Origin: Obrimoposthia wandeli
Lineage: Eukaryota
Assembly (NCBI GenBank): GCA_977020255.1
Contig: CDROCS010001609.1
Span: 186,001 to 250,000 of the forward strand
Direction: 5' to 3'
Length of the DNA stretch: 64,000 nucleotides
Positions 1 to 15,328 of this stretch are shown here, in pieces. The position numbers and the translations under genes were made by a program. The notes below the pieces were generated by a model, which worked only from the letters and a program-made list of their open reading frames with translations, was not told the DNA's origin and searched no databases. Every line of letters starts with the position of its first letter. The stretch's first letter is position 1.

Positions 1-360
1 AACATCGAATTGATAATACTCTATCGGCCGATAATAGGCGTACGAAAAGTAAGGGACATTTATCGATTTTTGCAAACTGAATTAATGTGTACTTAATTGA
101 AAATCAAGCATTTCGAATCTCTCTAAAATCGGCTATACCGATTTTACACTAATCGTCAATATATACCTTCTACAATACATGTTCTAAAAAATAAAAATAA
201 ATGCAAAACTCATATTGACTTTTTTTCTTCATTACAATTCAAAGTTCCTAAAATGAACAATGATAAGTAATGGGTTAAAGTTTATTCGTCAACAAAATAA
301 TTTGGAATTGAAATCAATTTCATGACTACTGGCCATTGTTTCATGTTGTAAACTACCGAC

Positions 361-3300
361 CTTGGTAATGGAGGATATGAAGGCCTTATTGGGTTGCAAC
401 AGTTGTTTGTAGTGTGAGTAGAGTCCCGGTTTGATTTCGTCTTGACGAAGAAGATAGTTGGGACTTTTGAGATGGCGATCTCGGGAAATCCCTGTAGCAT
501 TCATATTGGCTAATAGAGTATCAAGATTTTTCATTTCCGTATTCAATTTTTAGAGATGATTTTAAATCTTCCAATTGTAAAATGATTGAGGGCAAACAAT
601 CTCATAATGACATGATTTGTTTACATTTATAATTATTATTTCGTCAATGACTATTTACTTAATGTAACATAAAGTAGTACTTTACCATACGATATACAAT
701 TTTGAATTGCAAAAGAGCAGTCGAGTATTTCAAAATATATAAGTATTGAAAAGCAGCTTTGTTTTATATTATGTATTTAATTTTAGAATAATTATTTACA
801 CGATTCATTGAAATCAAATACTGTGCACAAACTAAGAGAAGAAACAAATAATAAGTAAAACGACACACAATAAAATATGAATACTTTGACTTTTTTACGA
901 TATTTTTGAATCTTATTCGTTTTATTTTGGTTATAAAATTTTTGAGATAACTTGTTTATGACAAAATTAATAGCTTTTGAAAATATGGGCAGTATAAATC
1001 CCATAAAATCTGCTACGAAATATCAGGACGCCTGTTAAAGATTGACGTTGGAAAAGAGAAATAATATAATAATTTGATATTTATAAATTTTTATATCAGA
1101 CAAATATTAATTGATCATTTTTAATTCGTAAAGTAAATTTAACTATACACTAAAGTAGCACTTACTGTACACTTAAAATACTAGAAAAATCATAATTTAA
1201 ATAAGACCATTTTTCTCCCATTCTGCGTATGTGACTTACAGAAACCAAAAGAACAGAAATTTGAGTTGTATATATGTACAAGATTTAGTGCTAGTTAATT
1301 TCGTAACGGTTAAATTTATAACCATTTTTAAATAGAAATTGATTGGTGCTTAAATCTCAAATGAAAATTTATAACTATTTGCGATTAATTGATTGCTCCA
1401 TATTGCCATTTCTAAAAAATATTACATTTTGTTTCATCACTTGTACCATCACAATTTATGCTAAATAAGTCTATTATTTTTGTCACTCTTAACTTATATT
1501 AACATATATTTATTTTTCTTTCGATTTTTCATATTTCATATGAATGTTCTTCAATAAAATTAAATTCATTTTCTAAATAAATATTATATCTAAAATAAGA
1601 TTAAAATAAACCTTCCTTCGCATAATATATCAAATTTGTAGTAAAAGAAGATCCACATTTTCTATTTTCGCATATCCAATATATACGATATGTTAGTCTG
1701 TGCTTTGTATAAATTAAGCTTTTTGTAATGTAATTTATCTCTTTAACTTTTAATTATTTCCCTTTTATTAGATTTCAATTTAATTTAAGGTTTAAACACT
1801 TTAACATTATCTATTTAAAAACCAGTACGAAATTAATCGTTACGAAAAAAAAAGATTACAAAATTAAACAACACGCAGGATTTCAATCATAGCTATAAGA
1901 ATGAGCATTAAATATTTTCTTGTTTTTTATTCATAAAACCTGGGGTTTATCGCGTCAAAAGTGAGTAAGTCATATTTGGATAGAGTATAGTTTGATAGAT
2001 GAAAAATGTTTTAGTAAAATTGAGGGGTAAAATATTTTTTTAATACAATGAACAAATACCAACCGTTGGGCGCACCTAGTTTGACATCAGTAACCTTGAG
2101 GATGTTGGGCCAATGACTGAGGGCTTTCACAAAGAAGGGATTTGTAATTCCCAGAATGATCTGCGGTCTGTGTGGGATAAGCAAGGTGTAAATCCACTAA
2201 CCCCTAATTTAAGCGTTCTTGTATGAAGTAAAAGAAAGCATTCTTCTAATTTAGGGTTTTTATAGGAAACTATTTTAATTTTTTTTAATATATCGATTAT
2301 AAAAACTTTCGACATTGAAACCCAAGTGATCTTATTAAAATACTCTCCATTTCATATTGAAAGACACACTCGTTATCGTACTCGGGAAAATCGAATTTTG
2401 ATGAAATTTATCAGAAAAGGGGGTCGTTGCTAAGAGCCTAATTTAGTTTTTGTTTTACTGAATTAAATTTGCAGAGATGTTACAGAATCAAACAAGGGGT
2501 AGATGCAAAAATTAATGAAAAATTAAATGCGTTTATAATAAGATCTTAACAGTAAAAAGTATGTTACTAAAAGTCGGACTATAATTTCGTTAGATTTAAT
2601 TTGTAGTGTTCCATTTACATTCAAAGTACAAAAGATATTTTAGACAAAATAATTTCAAACTTTAAAAATATGAAAAAAACTATTAGTAATATTACTTAAG
2701 GATATTGAGGAAAACTGTATTACACAAAAAATGATCTAAAAATGGGTAAATGTTTCAAAATTAGAATTCACATTTCAAGGTTACGGCAGAAATCGCTACA
2801 TATCTTCCAACGTGATGTGAAATATCTCAAAACAGTAGTGAGCTTACGGAGCGGTTGATTTCGTCGTATATTCTTTAAATTCTGAATCATGAATTGTGAA
2901 GAAAGGTCTGTAGTCATTGGCGAATTGAAGAGGAGCGATCGATGTGACGAGAGACTGGACTATCATGGCAGATATGACAGGACTGCTGGCAATGACAAGG
3001 ACAGGCTGCAGAAAAATAACAACAATATAATAATATGTTTTATAGAGCACTCAAAAGCGCTTCCTGTTTTCCAAGATAACTATCATTCTTTGTAATATTT
3101 TCTGAATAGTAAATTTTTCAACTACTTCTTCAATTTTTAAACAAATATTTCATCATTCTGTATGTTATGTGAGAATTTCTTAACCAATTGGCTGTCAATA
3201 TCATTAATCCTAAGATGCATGTATAATATACATGCATCTTAGGATATACATTGTATATGCTCACTGTACCAGGCTCGAGAAGATCATATAAATATTTGAG

Positions 3301-6300
3301 CTTTTGTGAGAGAATAAAATGTTCGATAATTCTGGCGGCTTTGTTTTAACATTTTTGTAAGTGATTTTATTGATAATTTTAAATATTAAACAGAAAATAA
3401 TTTTGAAAATAATGTCTTGATGTAATAATCTCATATATTAGCATTGAAATTATATTAGTAGTTAAATATTTTATCATTGTATCAATTTTTCTGTTATGAC
3501 TGTTGCACGTTCTTTTCCCTTTATTAATATGACTATTCATTGTAATGTTTTCGGATAAGAATATTATTAGATCCTCCAGTTTCATTTTCATTCATCTTTA
3601 ATTATCTTGATTTCATCCATATAGATGTTTCATTATTAGGAATTTAGGACTTCAGTCATTAGAATCAAATACAACATAAAGTTGTATGTCATTAGTAAAA
3701 GTGGAAAATGGGTGAGATTAAAATATGAAGACGGGCAATTACACCCATAAAAGTCTGACCTGGTTTGTGAGTATCAGCTCCCACAAAAGTTGAAGCTGAT
3801 TGATGACAGAACCAAAAGCCGTAAAACAGTTGAGATTGTGAGGAGAGGCAAGGAAATAGACAGTATCTCCCGGTAGCGGCTGTGGATTCTCTATGTTGTT
3901 CTGTCGAGGAGCATTAAACTTTACATTTGTGGCTAAAATTGTAGTTTTGTTTACTCTTAAATTTGCAAAATATTAAAAAAAGGTCTGTAGTAGTATTACT
4001 TATAAATATAAATAGATTCAATATGTTGTTTTTATTATAAAAAACATTATTACCCCCCCAAAACAAACATTTTAAGAGAAACGGTTCACTTCTACAATGA
4101 AGCTACAGTATTGGCAAAAATTAATAGACAAGATCTAATGTTTTCTTCCATTTAGCAGAGGGTACTTTGATAAGAAGCAATACTTAACAACCAGGAGTCG
4201 CATGAAAATGCAGACGAACAAAAGATATACCGATGGATATGGCAAATGTATGTATGATAAACTTATCTGCAATAGAAACGAGATCATACCTAACTATCTG
4301 GAAGACAAGAGTGGGGAAAAGACCAGATCGTAACTCTTTTGAAATCTATAGTAGATGGAGAAAATAGGTTGAACCCTCCGCAAAATTCTTGAATCTACTT
4401 GAATAGAATACCAGCGGTTATTGTCCCCACAGGAACATACTAAATATTAAAACATCTTGCTGTTAAGGTAAATAAATGTAAAATACAGTGTATTTCTTTC
4501 ATTATCTCACAATTTTTCAGTTTCAAGTAGGCTTCAGGTGACATTGCAGAAGAATCGAAATTTTCATTTTATCAATTTATCAATGTAATTGAGATTTACA
4601 AATCCGATACACACACGCCCTACAGCTGTATTTATCGACACAAAACAGATTCACACAGTGTATCGAGTCAGTTGACACATTCCAATGACGCATTGAAAAA
4701 TCATTCAATAAAATTATATTTTTTTAGTTAATACTTGGTATTAAAAACTATGAATTTAGAAAAAGACAATATCAATTTTAAAATATTTGTAAATGTATAA
4801 CTTATTAATGAAAAGAGGTTAAACAGTTGCATTTGATCAATTATATTCACCTTTTCAACCCTTTCAATGAAAGAAGCGCGAATCCTGACTGATTTGGCAG
4901 TAAAGTCATTTTGCTTTCCACTTTCTACTTTGACGGCAGCTGAAATAGAAACAATGTTGAGGAATTTACTTTATATAATGGATTACAATGTGAAATATAT
5001 ACTGTTCACTCTCAATTTTTTTACTGTTAAAATAAATTATTTTGTATCTTTTCATTTAAAATAATATATTATTTCCGAGTTTATAAAAATTAGAATGAAG
5101 ATATAAACACAGCATGTAGTTTTTCTAAATATTTTTCGTTTGTTTGTGCTAAAGTTTAGACAAACCGAATAGGACAAGGCCCTTAGGGTTTTCAATACCG
5201 ATATTTCCTTAGAAAGTTCAATACCAAAATATCGGGTATAGCAAATTTTAAAAAGCGGTATTTCGTTACTGTATTATACCGAAAGAGATATTTTTTTATA
5301 ATTTTCAGCAAAACTTTCATCAAAATTATTTATTTTTTAATATTTACATATATATGTTTAAGAAGAATGACTCGAAGAGTAATATAATTTTTAAAAATAT
5401 ATCTTTGCTATTTTTGTTGTTATTTTAATACCGAAAATAGAAATTTTAAAGAAACTCATCGGTACTGGAAACCCCAAAAGTCATATCACATATTTTTGTC
5501 TCAAATTTAAAATGAAAACCTTATGAAACTGAACATTTGTTTCATCCATTTTCAAAACTATACAATTATTTTATCACCTATAGCACGGTTGTTTTGTTAA
5601 TACAGATCCCAACGTTTCAACTTTCCAAACCCAATCTGTAATGCTCTTCAAGAGGTTCCCTTTTGTCGCACGTATTACTTTTAGAAAATTCTTATTTGCC
5701 AAGCTTTTGTTATGTCGCATGAATAATTAGGCTATTATTAATTAATTAGATATTTACTATTTTATAATTAATATAATTTTGCATCAACATTTGGAGCTGA
5801 AACAGTTTGCTTATTTGTTAACTGTCAAGGTCATGAGACAAAAATTAACCCTAGTGAATTTCTTGTAGTGAGCAGCGAAATAATACAGGACGAAAGGACT
5901 TGTTGGATTAATAATAGCATTTGTTTCCGATGAACTCATCATCCATCAAGCTACAAATAGTCGATTTTAATAGGGGTTTTTTCCCCTTTATTTAGACCAA
6001 CACTATTTCCCCCCTTTATTTAGACCAACACTATTTCCCCCCTTTATTTCTGTAGTACATTTTGGAATATCAATTCGTTTATAATATATCAAGCTTGCTT
6101 GACACATTTATGTGCGATTCGCTTTTTTCTTTCATTTATCTCACATTCTACGTTGCTTTCTTTTGACACCTGGTCTACCATTTCTTGAATTGATATGTAT
6201 TCTTATCTTATTGTCCATTTGCAAAACATTTCTTTGTATGATAAATCATACTGCATTCCAAGTTCATACATTTGCCATAATCTCCAGTAATCTTCGTACA

Positions 6301-9300
6301 ATTATTTGGTTATCTAATTTTTGTCTAACATATGTATATATATACCACCATGCCGTTTTAAATTTCATTAAATTTATAAACCATAACTGTGATCAGTTTA
6401 TAATATTTATTTGTATAATATATTTAGATAGCAACAGCCCAAAGTTTTGGGAAAATTAAAGTCCGTATCGACCTTAATTACAATTGCCAATGTTCCTTGT
6501 TCCAGTATACAATTATATAAATTCGAACTTCCGATTAGAAAGATGCAAATGTTATGGTCCAAGACTTAAAACATATCAAAGAACAGATCGTCAGATTATA
6601 CGTTATGTCACGCTAAATCCATATATTATTTAAAGTGAAATAAAATATTACCTAAAACTCGATATATCGGAAAGAATAATAAGATATCACTTAAATGAAA
6701 ATGTTCACAACAATAAAAGGAAAAATCAGAAATCAAAGCCTAATTTAATTTCAATAGAAGAGCCTTTAAATGGGGCATGAAAAATTTGGAGGGCGGAAAT
6801 ATCATTTGGCAAGAATTGTTTGGTCAGTTGAGACTAGAGTATACGAATAAGAATAAAGATAATACTCTATCATGGTTCATAATGGTGGTAAATTAATGTC
6901 ATGAGGTTAAAAGAGTTAAGAGTTAAGACAAACATTTGGATTGTTGGATGATTACGTTGTTTTTGAACGATAAAGCACCTCCACATATGAGTAAGAATAA
7001 AATCTCCCACGAACAATAATCTTGCCTTCAAATTCTTCTGAACTGAACCCAATTGAAAACGTATGTTTAATTTTAAAAAAGAAAATCAGTAAAGAAATAT
7101 AATGACAATTTAGAATATTTAAGAAAGTGTGTAAGATAAAGTCGAGGTAAAATATCACCTGAAGTTATCGACAGTGTTAATTCAAACATGATAAATAGAA
7201 TGAACAAACTATAAAGAACCCTGAGGTAAATATTAAATATTTTACATTATACAATGTATGATTCTATTAAATTTTGGTTTTGAATTTACTATTAATGCTC
7301 CACCAAATTAGAATTTGTCAGTTGTCTATTTTTATGTCCATTACTGCAACTGATCTACGACTTTATTTTTATTAAAACTAAATAATGAAGAAATGGTTGT
7401 TTACAAGCGATTGCATTATTTAAGAAAAAGAGCGAAGACCATTTATTGAAAATGATTTATGATCTGATGTGGAATCTCAACACATTGATCTTTGTTAGGA
7501 GCCGCTTTGTGGTCTCAGAAAGGTCAACAGTTTGTTAAATTTTTGGTCAAGTGATTCAAATTACCTGATGACTGTTTAGCAATACTGCTGTTGTTTCTAT
7601 CTGGAACCGACGAGCCCACTGCCATTGTGTCGGCCTCAAGCAGCTGAACCGGAAGTTGTGTTTGTAGCACCACTCCACGCAGGGGCAAATTCATTGTCTT
7701 TCCCGCAGACGGCGGCTCCCAACAATCGATGTTGTGACACGCTACATTGGTAGAGGTTCTTTCATAGTATTTTATCGAAAAATTACAAATACAAATACCT
7801 ACGACATAGCCATTGTATTGCATTTTAAAATAACTTTAGATATAATTAATATTTAATAGATGAATCTTTCAATATATGCACTTTGTTGAGTTAACCTTCA
7901 TTATTGGAGAACGATGTCTGATGTCAGTGCTTATACGGGCGAATTTAGAATTTTTGCAGCTACTGTGTGGTTTAGTCAGCAGATAGGGTGGATTTTAAAA
8001 CGTGTCAAGAGAATGTTTTCAGCATTGGGTTAATATTGAAGAATCCACGTAGTGGCCACACAAATGACAAGGATGATGAATTATCGACTGTGGATTAACC
8101 GTTCGCGAATCAACAACTACTTTCTATTCGATGAAGATCTGCAGATTTAAAAAAGAAGTTATTGGAGGTTGACCAAAAAATCCTTGATAAATGTGACAAT
8201 TCATTGCGCCAGAACAAATTGGTATATTATTTATGCAGACATAACAACATGTGAGCTAGTCAAATTATCCTCGCATTACAATTGTTCGATAGGCAAATTT
8301 TGTGCAGTTCCTTAGCCTGTACGACAGCTAGAATTCGTCAAAAATGTACAAGTGTAAAGACAATGAAGAACCAATGGAAAGCGATAAAAAATGAGTCTTA
8401 CCCACTTCTAAACCGACCTCTCCGTCTTGAAAGTAAGCGTCAGCGACCAGCTCCACGACTTTGTAGAAGAAATTAACGAGTGGCAGAGCAGAAATGACTA
8501 CCACAGACTGCAAAGATTGAATTATTAAGTAAATAGGAATATCTCACTACAAGTTTTACAAGTCCTATTTCTTTAATTTTAATAAGCTCATCGTCACTTG
8601 GATTGTAGGTTTTTAATACATTAATTCAGAGTAGCCTTAACTCGATCCCAGACAACCTGACATGGTATTAGCCGGTCGATCTGGTGTCAATTGGGAACAA
8701 AATCAACACGAATTATAATCATGTATATAACATCCCTTGTCTCATTAACAGTAAATCAGCATGGTTACGTTCCTCCAGGCTTACTGACAATGGAAGCTTT
8801 TGAAGTGGAAATCACAAATCTTCTTCATATTTACAAAATACTGTAAAAATAATTTTCAGGTGAAATGTTAAACCTTTTCTAGATATAAAAAAATTATTTT
8901 TTTATAATGATAAATAATAATATTGTTTAAATGTTAGGTTTCTAATAGGTTTATAAATGTTTGAATTTGATTTTTTAAGAAAATACATTTTCTGAATTCA
9001 CTTTGATGTTAAGTAAAGATAAAAAGAAGTTTAGACCCTCAAAACTTAGTGAGAATGAAAAACACTGTCAAGAAATATGAATTAATAGTAAGCAAAATAA
9101 AAACAGGGTTACATTTTTTTCCATTTTAACTTAAACATAAAAAAATACAATTAATATGGAAAGTAGAAGTTTTTTCTAACCCATATGTTTCAGCATAGAA
9201 AACTTTAAAATATTCTAAAATTCTGTGATTCCCATCTTCAATTATGCCAATTAAACCTTATTTATCTTCACACACAAATTTCGCATTAAACTATACGGCT

Positions 9301-12300
9301 TAAACTAAAATGGAAATATTTCCCTCGAGTATGTAAGAATTTACATAACCTAAGTAACCTATTGAAAATTTTCCGTGTTAACTTTAACGTACATTTATAT
9401 ACATTTTAGTTTGTGGCACCCCAATTATCCAAGTTCAAACTGTTGAAAGTAGAATTTGTGCAAAAATAAGTCTATAAATACTCCTACTTTATGGCGTAAT
9501 TTTAGAATTTTTAGACTTTCTGAGCGTTTAGATTGTCTGACGCCTTTGTCTCGAGTTGAACTAATTTGTAATGTCAAAAAGAACTTGTTCACCTTCTGAA
9601 AATATCCCCGGCGAATGGATTTGTCTCGAACCTGACGGAATTTCACGAATCCGAGACAATGGTTTGGAACAGGCTGTAAAATGAAAATATAAGTGATGGA
9701 GATTTGTGGAGAACCAGATTTTTCAGAATTATTTTTAGAATAGTCTCGTAAAACGCGAGTCGGAAATTTTATGAAACAATGGAATGCAATTCATTAGAAT
9801 TTGCAAATTAAAAATATGCAAGGGTTCAGAAATTTCATATGGAACTTCATTCGGCCATCCTTCGTTTGATTTCGATAATTTTTCATAAAACAGTAAAAAA
9901 GTCATTTCGTTAAATTTTAAAATGAACAAATAGGAACTAAATTTAGTTAAAGGTTTTGCGTGAAATGAAAGAAGTCGACGCTTGAGAAAATACAGAATCT
10001 GAAGTCGTGTATGTCCAGAAGATACTCAACAAGCGATTATTCTTTTGATGTGAGAATAAAGTTCGGTTCAGTTTACATGATTATTTATGATGATCTGTCA
10101 AAGATGATCTGCAGTTGAGTCACAGAGTCAATAATGGAACTGTACAACAGTCTGATCAACAAGTACGATAAAGACTTTGATGTCATCACTGATAAGATTG
10201 TCACATCGAATGAAATAGGCCTATGAGTACAGCTATGAACCGAATCCGAGTAGATGTAAATTAAAACCAAATGAAACTAAGATGACGGTGTTGTAGAAGA
10301 TGACGGACAGAAGTTGTACCAGTTATTTTGAATCACACCGTATTGAATATTGAAGATAAAAAAGTCATTTAAAATCTTTATATCTTTTGAAAAAAGTGTA
10401 TAATTTTTATTTTCGTTTAATTTAAATGTGGACTTATTCAATTCAGTCGATAAGCCAAGTGACGAACAAAACAATTTGTCAGAAACAACTTGTAGTCCAA
10501 AGTCGATATCAAATTATCAATTTAGAGATAAAATAACCATTTTGATGATATTATGGCGATGATGGTAATCGGGCTATAGCAAATAAAGACAACACTTATG
10601 GGGGGGGGGGAAATCTGGTTATCGTCATTCGATAGTTTGTGCATAACAATTACACCATATTTGGATTTAGTACTGATTACAATTATTTTTTGCAGTTTGT
10701 TTCTAAATTCTATTTTTTCCTATTTTCAAAAATTTATGCCACTTTTGTTATTGTTCATTTTTTAAATAATCATTTATATTTGGTTTGTATAACAATTAGA
10801 AGTATATATTTTGAATATGACTAGTCATAGACAGTGTTAATTATCATCTGACTTATTTTGCTTTCTGTGAAAAATATATCATTCCAAAGATTATTAAATA
10901 TAGAAACCAATTACAAAGTATGCTGCTACTTATCAAATATATGTTTTGTTTACCGTTGGATGATTAGGATAAGAATTGGCACCTTATCATATGTGGATTT
11001 GCAACAAAATATATTGTCTATATTTGATAAGCTTTTAGATTATCTTTGTATTCATAAATAATTATAGATATCTAAAGTAATGTCGTCAGAATTTTTACTT
11101 TAATTTATTTTGTACAAATCAACCATAGTGCGAAGCGTCTTTTTATAAACGTCACTTATTCCTATACTTCTGTTTTGTGTTAGTTTTTGGTAAATCGTAT
11201 ACCTTTCTATACAGTTCTGAGACACTTAGGAATAAACATGTTTTTAATTTTGAACCCAGGTTGAATGTAACAACTACATCAAATCCCTTCGCTTTTATTT
11301 TATATTTTATGAAACTTTGAATAGAGAAACGTTTACTGGAATTCCTTGTGATTTTATGAAATCGAAATAACTCAATTCGATATAGATCTGGGACAGGGTA
11401 AAGTTATGGTAGTTGGCCACACATCAGTCAGAAATTGATGTTAGTCTGCGTTGTGATTAATTTTGATAGATTTGACTTAATTTACTAAACCTATCATCAA
11501 GCAATCTCACTCACTCCTCATCCCTCACCCAGTTTCTTTCTCATTCAATCGTAGTCCATCTAATTTAGTCGCAAACTCCCTGTCACTCTACCACTCCATC
11601 GCGCATCCTCATTTATTCACCATCGCACAACCATTCACCTTGATATAGTCAGGATAGTTGCAGCTGTACATCTCCGTTTGCTTGAGGAAGGACTTGCAGC
11701 GTAATCTGAAGTGGTATACGGTGTCCCCCATGCAACCTGCAAAATAGGACGTGTAGTGTAAACTGCCGCTGCCACAAGCACAACTATTATCAATTATAAC
11801 ATCTCGAAACACACACCTGAGTTTGAATCTGGAAACGCAGAATAGTTGATGTTGGCCTTCTGAAAATAACGGACCAGTTAGATTTTGGTAGCAGACTGAA
11901 GTTTAAAAACCAACTTAAATCTCCATCATTTAAGTTGTCATAAAGAAAGAAGGCCTTTCATAGTATAAATAATGGAGAACAAAAATTATTTTTAAAACTA
12001 TCTGTGACACATCTGTGGTACTCTTTCATGTTTTATGAAGGAATTGACCGAATGAATCGAGACAAATGGAAAATTTCGCTTTCCACTTGGAAAAGTTATT
12101 ACAGATTTTTATCATATTTTAAAAGTTACTTCTGTAATCTAAAATAATTTGATTAGCAAACATTTTACTTCAAATATTCATTATGTTAAAAGAAATTTAA
12201 ACATTTATGTACTCATTAATTAGTTTGTTTAAGATGAAACTGTAAGAAATGTAACATTGTCTTTAATATCTGAGGGTTATAAATTATCTGAACTTTTCAT

Positions 12301-15300
12301 AGAATCAAAGTGACCTCATAAAGTAAATTTGTTTTCTTTTAAAGAAATTGTAAAATCGATAAATTTAGCAGCGTAGCATTTTAGCAATACTATTATGTTT
12401 AAATTTATTAATTTGATTTATTTATATCTGATAATGTTTTGGGAGAGATAATATTTTAATTAATTTAGAGAATATTTTTAATATGAAGAAAATTAGTGAT
12501 TTTTCACTTCGATGACTTAACCTTGTGAAGCCTACTTGAAAATTGAAAAAGGCTATATGATGAAAATACACAATATATACATATAAAAAAAAATTGTTTC
12601 TTTGTTGAAAATAACCGTATGCATTATATTGAGCATTGGTTCGAAAGTTTTGCTAAGGGTTTCCTAGAAAATGGCGTCAGATTCCAACAAAAAAATGGCT
12701 TGATAGACTGTATGGAAGATATTTGATACGCGAATTTTAGTTTTTCGGATTGATAAGTTTGGTACGCAATCGTCATTTGATATTAAGCTTAATAATATCC
12801 AAACTCGAATAAATATTTAGATATTTGGCATGTGATATGTTTCAATGTACTATTCAGTGTTGGTTATTTTATGTATTCGTTGCTGAACATTCAATTGATA
12901 TTTTCCTTGACTACAGATAATCGGCATGGCCCAATGAAAGACTTTTTGATAACTGGATTGATAAATGACGACCACATACAAATAATTCCAGAGTTGAATA
13001 TATAGTATGCTAAATCGTTTTAAAATATCTAATGCCATTTCATTTTCACGTTTTAAACAATTTTTTATACTTGCTTATGATTTTCTAAAGGGTTTAGGTA
13101 TTGGTTATTATATTGTCTATCAGATAGTCGAATGTCAGAGCTCAGTAATGCATAAATGTCCTATTTACTTCAGGATACCATTCATTTTTAACGCGACTCC
13201 ACATTTGTCAAGTACTGCTCGTTTGCTCATCCTAACCTCTATCAAATAGAAACTAGAGTCTAATGTAAAATTGAGTCATTTTTTCATAACCCCATTGGTT
13301 TAACAAGCTGTCATCGGTTTTGTAAATTTACCACACCCTTGCACATTTAGGTTACAAACAGAAATATAAACTTAATTTTTTTAAAAAAACACAATAGAAC
13401 AGTTTACTATGTAACCTCCTTGAATCTTCTATATTATTCTACATGTATTAGGGCTTGCTTATTATGTTTCAAATTAGACAATTTTATGAACAGCCAAACT
13501 GAGACGTAAACACTTATTGATGGCCATCATCAGTTTTTAGCGAGAACAAATAATCTGGCTCAGTGCAATCAGAAGTTCATCTGATGATGTTGAAATCAAG
13601 TTGATGTCGTCTTATATCGACCAAAATGATTTACTGCTGAAACCCAAAAGTGTTTCGCTAGCTGTACTTTGTACCTACATAAACTACACTGCCGAATATA
13701 AAGTACGTAAAATATTAGGTTGTTCCAAAAGTAATTTATCAATGACATATTTTAAAATAAATTGACTGTTAAAAATTCAAATAAGCCTTTAAAAAACACC
13801 AATTTTGTTTTATTTACAGGTAAAATTTTTAAAAAATAATATTAAATTTTTTAAATTAGAGGGATTACTCATCATTAATGGAAAAAAGGTACGAACACGA
13901 CTGAAACTTCAGAAATTTGTCTCCGTACATTGTCAATTCAAATCTGGCGTAAGTTCAGACACGAGCCTAAAAGATAAAATCAAGTTCGGGTGTTCAAGTA
14001 CTGTTAATACTGATGCCATAAAAGAAGCAATCAAAGGAAGTATAATGTGTTTCGTGGGTTAAAAAGACTCGCGAAGCCAAATAAATACTGTAAAGAAATA
14101 CATTATCAATTGATTGAATTTCAATCAAATAGACGTCTTGGAATAGGCGAAAAATTGATTTATTAACGCAATACTTCTTTGAGATAAAACAAGTCTTGGA
14201 CAGCCTGGAATAACTTCGATAAAAATAAGTGTTTTCGAAAAGAAAGATATAAAAGAAGGCGGCATATAACTCATTTATTCGATAACGTTAGTCATAACTT
14301 CAGAAAATATAAATAACTAATTTCAAAATAGTTATTTAAACTTATTTCATGATAAAAAGTATACTTCAAATTGCTAACTAACTTAAAATTTAATTAAAAA
14401 TCTTTATTATAAAACTCCGATACACTTCATAAATAGTTGAATACTTTTTTAACGTAAACATAAATCGATGCTTAGCCCATGTGGCATTTAAAGCCAGATA
14501 GAAAATTACAGACCCAAAATACATACAATGTTTAAGGGAAAAAAATCGTGTGTGAAAGGGTTAAAATTTCTTTAAATTATTCACATATCATATTTTATAA
14601 AAAATTCATTCATTAATAGTCATGAAAAACTGAAATATGACTGAGAAAAGGACACTCAAAACAACTACCAATAAAATATTTTACTAAATCAAAAATAGAG
14701 AATATTTGAAGTTCAGTGTGCAAATTTTTAATGAAAAATTCCATTGATAATTATTAATAAATATAAAAAATCTTCAACATTATGAAGATTGCCTGTGACA
14801 TCTAGTATATGCAGAAATAAATGTATTTGTTTTTTAAACTTTAAACTGAGTAATGTACTATAACTAGATTATTTATTTTATGCTCGGCAAGATAGAAATT
14901 AAACAATACTTACCAATAAATAAAAATAGTATCAAAGCTTATTTATATTTTATCGTCAAAAATTGAATGTTTATTTTACAAAAAATGTTACAGTTAAAAT
15001 ATGATCAACTTTTTAAGTTATACAAAAAAATAAAACGGCTACAATTTTTTTCATTAATATAAAATTATTTATCTATTTTAATATTATATTTAGAAATTTT
15101 CATATTCATCTCAAAGAGCTATTACATTAAGAAAAATTACCTCTGTATCCGAGAGTTTTGTGTTCGGTGGATATAAACACTAACATATATAAGGACCAAT
15201 ACAAAAAATTCTACTTCCATGGTTTGACCCAACTCTAAATCAAACGTAACGACACAAACACAATAAATCCAATTGTTAAAGTTATCAAAAGGTAATATGT

Positions 15301-15328
15301 GGTGAGAATTTTCTTCATTAATATCCAT
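361..15328 (-). CDS. DENND6: DENND6-like (FAM116) Rab GEF, multi-exon; 3' end unresolved
   Basis: Manually joined GT-AG exons: 15328-15215 ([19 protein letters not shown]), 15179-15141, 11859-11817 (AFPDSNSG), 11736-11639, 9673-9593 ([16 protein letters not shown]), 8507-8402, 7741-7565, ~3933-3760 (LWELIL), 3005-2848 ([17 protein letters not shown]), 2167-2076 (ILGITNPFF), 509-361 (KPGLYSHYK). These match remembered DENND6 motifs in order with consistent phases. Confidence 0.9.
5184..5476. mobile_element. hAT-type MITE remnant
   Basis: Ends tagggttttcaataccg and cggtactggaaacccca form an imperfect 17-bp inverted repeat; no TSD found. Confidence 0.4.
6560..7250 (+). pseudogene. Tc1/mariner transposase remnant in a DENND6 intron
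   Basis: Broken frames give NDKAPPHMS (cf. QDNAPxH), [10 protein letters not shown] (cf. SPDLNPIENLW) and a MINRM...KY C-terminus. Confidence 0.65.

Noticed and set aside
4851-4939. Possible extra DENND6 exon ([15 protein letters not shown]...)
   Set aside because: It has splice-like ends, but its end phase does not fit the next exon and it has no recognisable homology.
9990-10080. Chromodomain-like YVQKILNKR
   Set aside because: Too short and interrupted by stops to support.
13100-13250. Merlin/IS1595-like WSRVKN segment on minus
   Set aside because: Single weak motif with no catalytic residues or TIRs found.
14540-14564. piggyBac-like end (aagggTTAA)
   Set aside because: No matching opposite TIR or transposase identified.
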